Assembly: GCA_918797485.1 (NCBI GenBank)
Contig: CAKKNE010000001.1
Location: 2,852,001-2,916,000 of the forward strand
Reading direction: 5' to 3'
DNA length: 64,000 bases
DNA from: Pelagomonas calceolata
Lineage: Eukaryota
Made by a program: the position numbers and the translations under genes. This document shows, in pieces, positions 49,919-59,840 of this stretch (positions are counted from its first letter, which is position 1; each line of letters starts with the position of its first letter). Under the pieces are notes generated by a model. That model saw only the letters and a list, made by a program, of their open reading frames with translations, ran no database searches and was not told the DNA's origin.

Positions 49919-50839
49919 CCGAGGCGAGTCCGCCGCAGTGGATAGGGAGGGCGGCAGTAAGCCGCGGATGCTTGCCGAGGCGCCCTCCTGGGGCAGCCTG
50001 GGTGCAGGCAGGGCGCAAATTGCTCTGCCTCAAGGGAAAGAGGGAAAGCCCAAGCTGGGGCACAGCTAAAGATCAATACTTACGTACCGAGCTCCGGAGC
50101 CTTTGCGCCGGAAGCTTCTAGTTCTACGCAGCCCTAAGCCTCGCCCGGGCCGGGGGCTGCGGTGTACACTAATGTACCGCATGCGGTACATTAGTGAAAC
50201 TTCAACTTGAGTTCATTGTAAAAAAAAAATCTAGATAATTAGAAACATGTCTGAATCATCTTCATCCTTGCGACTTATGGAACAACTTTACAAGAGCGAT
50301 GAGGAACGCTGCTCAATTTGGCAAAGTCACAAATCCAAGTCGAAGCTGCCCACGGAGAAGGCCGAGTAGCCCTTTCGCTCGACGATGCGCTGGAGGTCCT
50401 CGATGGAGTGCTCCTCGCGCCAGTTGTGGATGATTTCGACGTCGCCTTGATAGGCCATGTCAATGTCCTCGTGCGCCGACCAAATTGATTTAACAATTCT
50501 ACTTGAAAAATTCCAGGAACAAACAATCTGTATTCATAGCCATTTTTTTGGGTTAGCGACCATCGAAGCGGGCTTTGGTGGCCTCGACCAATTCAACGCA
50601 TCGCTCAAGGGCGTCGTGGCGGATCTGCTAAAGCGCGCCGCGGACACGCCACGCGGCGGGCCATCGTTCTCCGTGCGGTCGTCGACGAGTAATTTGTGAT
50701 CTGTGGTACTCGCCCTTAATCAAACCCAGTAGTGCACGGGTTTTACATAGAGGGGAATTACTCCGATTTATAACCAACCCCCAAATAGAACCACGACCAG
50801 CACTGCGACGCCATGACCGCCTGCTGACGAACAACCCAG

Positions 50840-52147
50840 TCACTTCAGAAAACCGGACAGCGTGGACTGAACAAGCGCGCTAGCGCGCGCCGCCATTCCG
50901 CGAGGTCGTGCATCGGGAGCGACCGGGGGCGTTTCTTCGTCTTTCATCCAGAAGACGAGGTAAATCGTATTCATGGCTTCGTGCACGCCGTTTCCAGCAG
51001 CCTTCAATGTATTTGTGAAGCCCTCGTATTTGAGCCTCTTGACGTATGCTTGCAAATCCGTCTCGATTTTCTGTGCAGTACCCTTGCCCTCGACTTGAAA
51101 AAGGGCGAACATGCGTTTCTTGGTTCCGTTGCTCGGATCTTTCTGGCCCAAGCGGACGAACGGAGCTTGCTTCGTCACGCCGATGTCGATGTCGTACCCA
51201 AGCCTCAAGAAGCATTGAATGACGCGAATCGACCAGTCTTGGTAGAGCCTAATAGCCTCTTCCTTCCTTGGATGCGTCTTGTAGACAGAATTTTTAATTG
51301 GATCCAACTTCCACGGTCCGCTCTTTGCGACCTCCTTCTCGCTCCCCCAGCTGTGCTCGTGGAGATCTGGTTCGTCACCTCCTCCCTCGATCAGCAATGC
51401 CAGCTCATTTATCACCACGCACGACCCACGACTTAACCGCTGCGACCGCTTCTTCCACATAGCGACCTCTTGCCTCAGAGACCGCTGCATCTCCTGGTAC
51501 TTGGCGCGCTCACGCGCGGCGGCTACCTCCAAAGCGGGAGCAGGCGGATACAGCGTGGGAGCAGGTGCCTCCGGCGCGACATCAATCTGCATGGGCGCCT
51601 CCGGCGCGACGGCTGGCGCATCCGGCAAGGCGACCGGCACATCCGGCGCGACATCCATCGGCATGGGCGCCTCTGGCGCAGACGCAGGCGTCTCCGGCAC
51701 TGCGGCCAAAACTGTCGGTTCGAAAACGGTTGGCTCCGCCGGCGCGACATCTAGCGCCTCGCGCGCAAGCGCCATCCCTTCCGTCGGAGCGGCCACGTGG
51801 GCGCCGCGGCACTCGTGCGAGGATCCGTGCGTCGCCAGATCAGGCGCGAAATCGACGGTCTCCCGCGCGTTGGCCGCTCGCTCGTTGGCCGCTGCGCGCA
51901 GCCGCTTCGCCGCGGCTTGTATGCCGTCGCGGTGGGCGCGCAGCCGCTTCTTCTCCTTGCGGGCTGCCTTGCGTGCTTCGCGGTCCGGGGCTGCGTTGCT
52001 GATGAACTGGTGAGGACAGTTTTCACAACGCTGACGGGCCACGGGCACTTGCATTTTACATTTCGGGCACGTCTTCTTCGGGGTGCGGGCGGCCTTCTGG
52101 TTTCGTACTTCAACGTGGGTCAAATCTTGTAGAGTCATCATGAACAC
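50840..52147 (-). CDS. Zn-ribbon + Pro/Ala repeats + coiled coil + GIY-YIG-like nuclease domain
   Basis: CPKC-x10-CENC; YDIDIGVTKQAPFVRLGQ...AQKIETDLQ...GFTN. Confidence 0.5.
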   Translation of the reverse strand: MFMMTLQDLTHVEVRNQKAARTPKKTCPKCKMQVPVARQRCENCPHQFISNAAPDREARKAARKEKKRLRAHRDGIQAAAKRLRAAANERAANARETVDFAPDLATHGSSHECRGAHVAAPTEGMALAREALDVAPAEPTVFEPTVLAAVPETPASAPEAPMPMDVAPDVPVALPDAPAVAPEAPMQIDVAPEAPAPTLYPPAPALEVAAARERAKYQEMQRSLRQEVAMWKKRSQRLSRGSCVVINELALLIEGGGDEPDLHEHSWGSEKEVAKSGPWKLDPIKNSVYKTHPRKEEAIRLYQDWSIRVIQCFLRLGYDIDIGVTKQAPFVRLGQKDPSNGTKKRMFALFQVEGKGTAQKIETDLQAYVKRLKYEGFTNTLKAAGNGVHEAMNTIYLVFWMKDEETPPVAPDARPRGMAARASALVQSTLSGFLK

Positions 52148-53320
52148 TATGTTTCACAGATGTCCGCGCTACTCCGTGCGCTCCGTGCACTTGCGCCCTT
52201 TGCTGCTTGAAAATTTTCTAGACATTTTGGCGGCTCGCCGGCACCTCGCTGTTACATACAGCAAATGTCGATCTCGACACCGTGCACGAATTGATCCCAT
52301 GACACGTTGTCATTCTCCCTCGACGCCTATCCATCGAAGAGCTCCAAGACCGCGCCGCCGCCCACGCCCGACTGCTCGTGAGCCAATGAGCACTCGACGC
52401 GTCTTTCGTCCGCCGCATGCACGGGCGTGTTGATTAGGCGTGTGTCACCGAACCAGAGCAACGCAGCGCCCTTGATAGGTGCACGTGCCAAAAACTTGCA
52501 AGCCGCGTCGGCTCGGCATCGGTCGCCAGGCGCGGCGCGCAGGCGGCGGCAGCGCCAAGCGCACATCCCGCTTCCAACGTCCACAAGCTCGCCGACGCGA
52601 AGTACGCCCGGCTTAAGCGCCCAGTTCTTGAGGACGCACCACCGCCGGGTGCGGCGCGGCAGCTCCTCCTACGCCGCGGGCTTCTCGGGGATCAGGTGCA
52701 CGTCGCTCGCGAGCGCCGCTACGCACGCCTTCGTCGCCGCTGCAGCGGGGCAGCGCGACGACGGCGCACGATGCCGCAGCGACCGCAGGTTTGACGGTTT
52801 TGACGTCGTCGTGCTCCGTCGCGGACGCCGCCGCAGCGCCGAGCTTTGACAGCGCGCGGCGCCACGAGGCAGCAGATCGGGCGCAAACGGCCACGACTGC
52901 TCTTCTCGACTTGCGTAGCGTGTCGCAGTGGGTGCGCAGGGTGTACCAGCCGGAGCTCAGGAGGGAAACCGATAGGTCGTTGTCGTCGCCTGCTACTGCT
53001 GTATGCATCCCACACTTGTGCGAATCGCGTCCTCATGCTGCGCGCTGCGCGTGCGAGGTGCACGGGATGAAGTGCGGCTGGCGTGCGCGCGTGTCAGCGC
53101 TCTGCACAGAGATCGGCGGCAGTTTCGCGGCAGCATCGGCTCGGATGGTTTTGGAAAGGTGCTCATCGGAACGCGGGGAGCGAGAGAAACGTTTTTAGAC
53201 GGGCGGAAAGGGCGAGCGGCGAAGAACAGCGTTCTGACGAGCGGCGCAAAACAGCTTAAATGCTAGTGGCGCAAAACTCACTAGGGCCTGTGTGCCCCGT
53301 ACCGTTAACGGTACGGGGCA
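51797..53320 (-). repeat. Palindrome-headed repeat, copy B (most complete; leads into the 435-aa ORF)
   Basis: 28-bp palindrome at 53293-53320; shared with copies A, C, D and E. Confidence 0.9.
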
Positions 53321-53581
53321 GCCGGTGGTCACGTCCCAGGAGACGGTGCCTCGGACATCTCGACGTCGCCGCCCGACACGGCGCCGGTGACATTTGAAGT
53401 CTTTCGCTTCTTGGTCCGCTTGAGCCGATCGTTGTCCCGTCTGAGTTGTTCTAGCTCCTCGCGGAGCTCCTCGATCTTGGCCTCTCTGATCCTCTTGAGC
53501 CGATCGTTGTCCCGTCTGAGTATTTCCAGCTCTTCGCGGAGCCGAAGCTGGCGCCTAAGACTCGCGACGTGGTCGCGCACC

Positions 53582-53794
53582 TGCCCCGTACCGTTAACGG
53601 TACGGGGCACACAGGCCCTAGTGAGTTTTGCGCCACTAGCATTTAAGCTGTTTTTCGCCGCTCGTCAGAACGCTGTTTTTCGCCGCTCGCCCTTTCCGTC
53701 CCCGTAAAAACGTTTCTCTCGCTCCCCGCGTTCCGATGAGCACCTTTTCAAAACCATCCGAGCCCACCTTGCCGCGAAACTGCCGCCGACACTA
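53582..53794 (+). repeat. Palindrome-headed repeat, copy E (end module only)
   Basis: Palindrome at 53582-53609, then sequence matching the reverse complement of about 47243-47400. Confidence 0.9.
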
Positions 53795-53813
53795 GGACCG
53801 TTTCGGACCCGCT

Positions 53814-53900
53814 CTAACCCGACTCTCGCCCAACCCTAACCCTAACCCTAGTCTCATCCTAATCCTAACCCTTACTCGGACCCAATCCTAACCTCAACCT
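53814..53900 (+). repeat. Degenerate interstitial telomere-like (CCCTAA)n tract
   Basis: AACCCTAACCCTAACCCTAG...CCTAATCCTAACCCT...ATCCTAACCTCAACCT. Confidence 0.65.
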
Positions 53901-55355
53901 CGCGACAGATAAAAAAAAGTCGAGTCAGTCATTCCGATTCTAACGCGACGCGTTTCACCATTCGTTTTCGCGGGAAACGTGGGCGATTTTTTAATCGGGC
54001 TAAATTAGCACCAAACGTGCAGTAGCCGATCCCCATGGACCCCTGGCATTGCCCGGGCACCCTATCCGTAGCCAGATGCGGGTGAAGGTACTTTTGTGGG
54101 CCCCCAAACACAGCCAAAACGCACTGGGCGCGTCTTCGCGGTGGCATAGCAAGCGACCATCCCAGCCAATTGTAGATCTGCGACCGGTCAAATGTGGCCC
54201 AGGACCGTTGCTTTTGGCTGGGAAACGAACGTGTAGCATCGGATTCGAAAATAAGCAGCTAGGGGGGATTCCGTTGGAGCAAAAGACCATGCCCGCGCTC
54301 AAGTTTTCGACCTGTCCGGAAATTGGACCAGGCTTGGTTCCTACTCGTCCGCGGGACGGTTACGGATCGTTTTTCGGGCAGCGGAGGCAGGAGTAGGGGG
54401 TCGAGATCTTGGAGCCGGGCCTCGGCAAGGACTGCTAAATTTGTGCCTTTACCAGAGCGATACGCAATCCACTGAGAGAAAACAAATTGCGAGTGTCACG
54501 CGCGGATTGATTAGCGTTCCCAGCTCGAAAACTGCGGATGCTGCGCCTTTGTGGGCCCTGATAGAGCCTCGGACAGCTTAGCAGCTGCCTGGGTCGCGCG
54601 GCTGGCGCACGACGCGTCCGGCTGGCTCGGCGACCGTGTTCCGTCGCGGTGGCGCCGCATGGCTGCGCTGGCGCCGCGAAACGTTCCGAGCGGCTCTTGA
54701 CACACCCGCATCCGACTCGAGGCCTCCGAGAACGCCGCCCCAAAACCGCAGAGGCGCGCGCGTCGACGAGTCGCCGCGCCGCACCCGCCTCACCGCCCCA
54801 CCACGCCTCACCCTCCCCCTCAATCACAGGTACGACGATAACCCGCAATCTCAGCCCAAGCAGGTCAGTGTGCGAGTAATTTTGCAGCCACAGCGTTGGC
54901 AGACGTGCTCAACACGGTCGGAAGCATGCAGCGCTGCGCCGGTTTGGCGCGCCGTGGCTCTGACGCGCCAGGGGACCTCTGCCATCGTTTCCATCTGCCG
55001 CGGGCGCTAGCCCGTCCACGCCTGGTCCTTGGACCAAGACGGGCAGCGAAGCCATTGCGGGCGACCGGACAACCACGCTGGGGGAATCTGGTTGCTACAC
55101 ACAAAAATCTTGCCGAGCCGTGACTCGTCACGCTGGCCATGGACCTCTGGTCCCGGCCGCGGCGCTGCTCGCGGACGTGCGCCCTCGACGCTATCGCCGC
55201 GACGCCGTCTCCGTGTGAGCGGCGCGGCGATGGCGTGGCGCCGCTGGCACGGGACATGATGGATTTAGTACTTATCTACACACACACAACGCAAGCGAGA
55301 GGCGCGCGCGCCGCGGCAGGCCCGGGACCGTAACACAACGCAGGCAGAGACAAGG

Positions 55356-56372
55356 ATGAAGCTCGCCGTCGCACTGGCGGTCCTCCCCGCGGCCGCGGCG
55401 TTCGTCGGCCCGGCGGCCGCGCCCGCCGAGACGCGGCTGCGGGAGACCAAGGCGGACCTCGAGGCGCTGGCCAAGGAGCTCAACCCGACGGTCGGCTTCT
55501 ACGACCCGCTGGGGCTCAGCTCCCAGAACTTCTGGGGCAAGAGCGAGGAGGAGACCATCGGCTTCCTGCGCCACGCCGAGATCAAGCACGGCCGCGTTGC
55601 GATGGCGGCCTTCTCGGGCTACGTCGTCCAGGCGAACGGCTTCCACTGGCCCTGGGCCATGACCATGGACGGCCGGTCCTTCGACGTCGCCGGCTCGCCG
55701 CCGGAGCAGTGGGACGCGATCCCGCTGAACGCGAAGCTGCAGATCGTCGCGTTCGTCGGCTTCCTCGAGCGCGCCGCGGCGCCCGCCCCGCGCCGCGCCG
55801 CCCCGCCCCGCCCCGCCCGCCGGCCGCCCGCGACGCGCCGGCCGCGCCCGCGCAGGTTCTACAGCGAGATCGCGGGCACGCACTACATGAAGGGCGGCGT
55901 GCCGGGCAAGTACCCCAGCTTCGCCGAGACCGGCTTCGACGCCGTCATGCCCTGTGTGGAAATCAACCAGTGTGTCGGGCGCTCATTTCTCGGCGATGAC
56001 GCGGCCGTGCTGTGCTGGCTCCGTCGAGCGGCGAGGAATCGGCACCGCCACGCCATCGAGCAGGCATCGCGTCGATGGCGTGGAGGTCGACGCGACGATG
56101 CAGCACGAACGCGCCGTAAAATTTTGATTTCCACACAGGTCATGCCCGTCGACCTCTACGACCCCGCCGGCCTCTGGGGCGACATGTCGGCCGAGAAGTC
56201 GAAGCGCGGCCTCGCGGTGGAGATCAACAACGGCCGCGCAGCGATGCTCGGCATCTTCGGCTTCATGGCCGCCTCGAAGGTCGACGGCTCCGTGCCCGCG
56301 CTGTCCTTCATCAAGCCCTACGCGGGCGACTACATGCAGCCCTTCGAGGGGAACTTCGACCTGTTCGCGTAG
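55356..56372 (+). CDS. Fucoxanthin-chlorophyll light-harvesting (LHC/FCP) protein; introns 55769-55855 (GC-AG) and 55944-56138 (introner)
   Basis: Signal peptide with AAAF motif, FYDPLGL, AEIKHGRVAMAA, VEINNGRAAMLG. Confidence 0.95.
   Translation: MKLAVALAVLPAAAAFVGPAAAPAETRLRETKADLEALAKELNPTVGFYDPLGLSSQNFWGKSEEETIGFLRHAEIKHGRVAMAAFSGYVVQANGFHWPWAMTMDGRSFDVAGSPPEQWDAIPLNAKLQIVAFVGFLERAAAPAPRRAAPPRPARRPPATRRPRPRRFYSEIAGTHYMKGGVPGKYPSFAETGFDAVMPCVEINQCVGRSFLGDDAAVLCWLRRAARNRHRHAIEQASRRWRGGRRDDAARTRRKILISTQVMPVDLYDPAGLWGDMSAEKSKRGLAVEINNGRAAMLGIFGFMAASKVDGSVPALSFIKPYAGDYMQPFEGNFDLFA
55952..56138 (+). mobile_element. Introner (non-autonomous TIR element) in the LHC gene, TSD GTCATGCC
   Basis: TIRs CTGTGTGGAAATCAA / TTGATTTCCACACAG; perfect TSD at 55944-55951 and 56139-56146. 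Confidence 0.95.
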
Positions 56373-56459
56373 GCGGAACCCCCTCAACTTGAACCCTGAG
56401 AAGACGAGTTGGAATAAAGGAGATTAAGAGGGAGAAGGAAGTATCCTAAGATACAGGCC

Positions 56460-57765
56460 CTATCGGCCCCGCCGGCGCTCGCGGCGCGAGCGCGAGCGCG
56501 AGCGCGAGCGCGAGCGGCGGCGGGCGCGCCCACGGTCGCGGCGGCGGCGGCGGCGCTTGCGGCCGCGGGACGCGTCGGAGGAGTCCGAGGACTCGTCCGA
56601 CGACGACGACGTCTCGTCGCGGCGCTTGGCGACGCCCCAGCCGCCGATGCTCGGCGCCGCCGCGAGGCGCTCGCGGTGCTGCGCCTCCCGCGCGGCGCGC
56701 TGCTGCGCCGGGTTCAGGAACGCGAGCGCCGGGTCCGGCCCCGCGGGGGGCGCCGGCGCGCCCCCGCCGGCGCCCGCGCGCGCGAGCGCGGCCAGGACGG
56801 CGGGCGACGTGACGCCGGCGAGGCCGGCCCCGGGCGCGGGGCCGCCCGCCTCGCCGGCGCGCAGCGCCGACGCCTGCGTCGCGCGGAACGCGAGCAGCGC
56901 CGCGGCGGGGTCGCGCGCGCCCGCGGGCGGCAGCGGCGTCGGCTGGTTCGACTGCGCGAAGAGCCGCGGCTGCATGGCCTTCTCGACGCGCAGCGCGGCG
57001 CCGCAGACCATCGTCCCGTTCATCGCCACCGCCGCCTCGGCCGCGGCCGCGTCGAGGAAGTCGACGAAGCCGTAGCGGCCGTCGCCGGCCACGCGCACGT
57101 CGCGCACGCCCCCGATGCACTCGAAGATCTGGCGCAGCACGGCCGGCGACGCGCCGGGGCTCAGGTTGCCCACGTGGATCGTCCGCGAGGGCGCGAGCAG
57201 CGGGTTCGCGTTCTGGGGCACGCCCGTGGACGTCACGGCTGTGCTGCCCATGAGCTGCGCGGCCTCGGAGAAGCCCGCGAACGCGGCGGCGGGCGCGGGC
57301 GCGGTCCCCGGGCCCGCGCCCGGGAGCTCGCCGCCTGCGCGAATCGACCGGTGAGCCGGGCGCGCGCGACAATTCTCGACGACGTCCCTTCTCGGCGAGA
57401 ACGCGGCTGCGTCGGCCGGAACGAGCGGCCGTAGGCCACAACGCCACGCCATCGAGCTGGCGGCGCGTCGATGGCGCGGAGGCCACGATGCAGCACTGGC
57501 GAAGACGCGTCGCGACGCTTTGATTTGTGCACTGCTCGCCGCGGCAGCGCGAGATGACGCCCACGAGGAACGCCGACGGGTTCCGCACGGAGGCCAGGTT
57601 GCTGGCGAGAAATCTGTCGACGACCACGGCCGCGAGCGGCTCGGGCAGCGCGGCGAGGTCCTGGAGGACCTTGGGGTCGAGCGCGTTCGCCTCGATCAGG
57701 CCGGCGTCGACGGCGCCCTGCAGCCGGGCAGCGAGGGCCGGGGGGAGGCTGCTGTTGCCAAACAT
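56460..57765 (-). CDS. RNA-binding protein with an hnRNP Q/R acidic-domain-like N-terminus, an RRM and an RS tail; intron 57335-57542
   Basis: VRNPSAFLVGVI; RTIHVGNL (RNP2); RYGFVDF (RNP1); RSRSRSRS. Confidence 0.8.
57335..57534 (+). mobile_element. Decayed introner in the RRM gene, TSD CTCGCCGC
   Basis: TSD at 57327-57334 and 57535-57542; decayed TIRs; internal CGCCACGCCATCGAGC...CGCGTCGATGGCG shared with the other copies. Confidence 0.85.
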
Positions 57766-59225
57766 CCAATACGCGTATACGGCGGTCTTACTAGGCAGGC
57801 GGCGAAGAGCCAAAGCTTGTCGAGAGCGGTTTTTACTTCTTCCGCGTCCGGCTTCCCGCGATCGCTTCGAGGTAGGCGCGGTTTTTACTTAGCCAAACAA
57901 CCAGAGCTCGACGGCGGCGATTCCTGGTCTGCCTCGCGCCCTCCTGGCTCAAGGACAACCACGACCGGACGCAGCAGTCGCTGGAGTCGCTGGCGGCGCG
58001 CGGCGTGACGCCCTAGGTCCCTTCCCCTGTCGAGTTGTGCCTCCCTTAGAGACGATGTGGCGCACTACTGTGGTGCCGCTTGGTGCGTCTGGGACTCACG
58101 TGCGGCAAAAATAGCGGACAGGGCAGCAGAGCATCTCTATTTTAGCCTGCGGTGCCTGCGAAATCCGACGACGATTCGTGCTCTCCAGCTCTAAATCGCA
58201 GACAGCCATCTGCACACGAGCAGACGCGCGATGGCCCAGCCGAACCGGCCGACGCGCATAGAAGATGTGGACCTCGGCGCTGATGAGTTCAGCTGGATAA
58301 ATAACTCCAAAAGAAATAAGAAAGGCGTCATGAACAAAATCAAGGAGTGCTACGTCGCGGGCGTCGACATCAGGAGGCCGCCCGCCGGGCGGCCTCTATG
58401 TCCGACTGGCGGCCTGGGCATCGGGCCAGTTTGTTAGCGAGGCGCTCGGGGCTGATGTTTAGGGAGTGCCGTGCGTCGGAACAGTACAACAACGACCCGA
58501 GAACTATCGCCCTGCGTGCCAATGAAGGGTACATGCAGGCGACCTGCGGGTCGCCGCTCCAGCGAGCATACCCACGCCACTTGGTGCCAAGCTAAGTCTT
58601 AACAAACCTCAAGTAGTCGCAGGTGGACGACGACGCGATGCGATAGATGCCCGGCGCCGGCTTGTGTGTGCGTGTGTGCGCGTGCGCGTGCGCGAAGATG
58701 TCTTCGCCGCCGGCGCGGGGCACCTCCCGGAATCGAAGGCCGTGCGCATCGCGATCTCGGACGCGTGCGCAACCGTGTGGCCAGCGCCGTGGTCGGGGTG
58801 CTAGCAGTACCCCCCGCCCGCGTAACGTAACAACCCTGTGCCTCCGGCCCACCAGGAACTTGGCAAGAAGACTCGGACGAACCGGGGATATATGCGAGTG
58901 CAACCCCCAGGCAGGCACTGGCAGGCAAGCCTAGCCGGCTTTCGGGAAGCCGCGCCCCGGGGCGAAGCCTAGCCCACTGAAGCCTAACCCACTAGCCGCC
59001 CCTGCAGCACGTCGAATCGCGCGCAGAAGGACTGGGCCCAGCAGCGCACCGGAACTCTACAAAGCGCGCTCTCAACGGCCACACTCGCGACGGCAAACAA
59101 GCTCAGCGGATTGGGGCGCCCCGAATTCCGTGCGGAGTTTGGACTGCTCGAAACCCGTGCGGAGTTTGGACGAACGCGCGGACTACCCATGGGGGTGCAC
59201 TGGGCATTCCTTTAGTGAAGTGGAC

Positions 59226-59840
59226 CTAGGCGTCGGGCGGCGCGTAGTCCGCGGACAGGATCGACTCGACGAGGGCGTCGAGGGCACCACCGCCGTCGGG
59301 CGCGGCGCCCGGGCCGTCGGCGGCTGACGGCTCGTCGTCGTCGTCGAAGATGGCGCTGAACGTGCCCGCGTCGACGTCCTCCTCGTCGAGCCCGTCGGAG
59401 GCGGCCGCGGGCTCGCCCGCGCCGCGGCGCAGGCGCAGCGTCACGGACCCTTCCCGCGCGCGGATCAGGCCCTCGACGCGGTCGAGCCCCGCGCCCTCGC
59501 ACCGCCAGACGCCGGCGCCGAAGACGGCCGAGACGCCTATGATTTCGTCGCCGGGCGCGACGCCGGCGGCCGCCGCGCAGCCGCCCGCGCGGCAGCCCTG
59601 CACGAGCACGCGGCCGTTCGCCCCCTCCTGCACCGTCACGCCCAGCGGCCGCGTGAGCTCGACCTCCAGTTCGTCGTCCGCGAGGCCGGCGGCGACGTCT
59701 TCCTTCGCCCCGCCGCCGAATAGGCCGTGGAGCGGGGCGGGGCGCGCCGAGCCTCGTCGCCAGCGCGAGGCGGCTGTTTCGGTGGCGGGTATCACGTAGG
59801 CCGCAGTGGCGAGCACGCTGCAAGCGTGAGTAATCCTCAT
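59226..59840 (-). CDS. PDZ-domain protein with a signal/transit-like N-terminus
   Basis: VELTRPLGVTVQE...GVAPGDEIIGV...VTLRLRR. Confidence 0.7.
   Translation of the reverse strand: MRITHACSVLATAAYVIPATETAASRWRRGSARPAPLHGLFGGGAKEDVAAGLADDELEVELTRPLGVTVQEGANGRVLVQGCRAGGCAAAAGVAPGDEIIGVSAVFGAGVWRCEGAGLDRVEGLIRAREGSVTLRLRRGAGEPAAASDGLDEEDVDAGTFSAIFDDDDEPSAADGPGAAPDGGGALDALVESILSADYAPPDA

Noticed and set aside
53231..53266. Hammerhead-like CTGACGAG-CGGCGC-AAAAC in the repeat end module (a Penelope-like element was considered because of the GIY-YIG-like ORF)
   Set aside because: The required GAAA is AAAA, stem III and the cleavage triplet are unconvincing, and no reverse transcriptase is present
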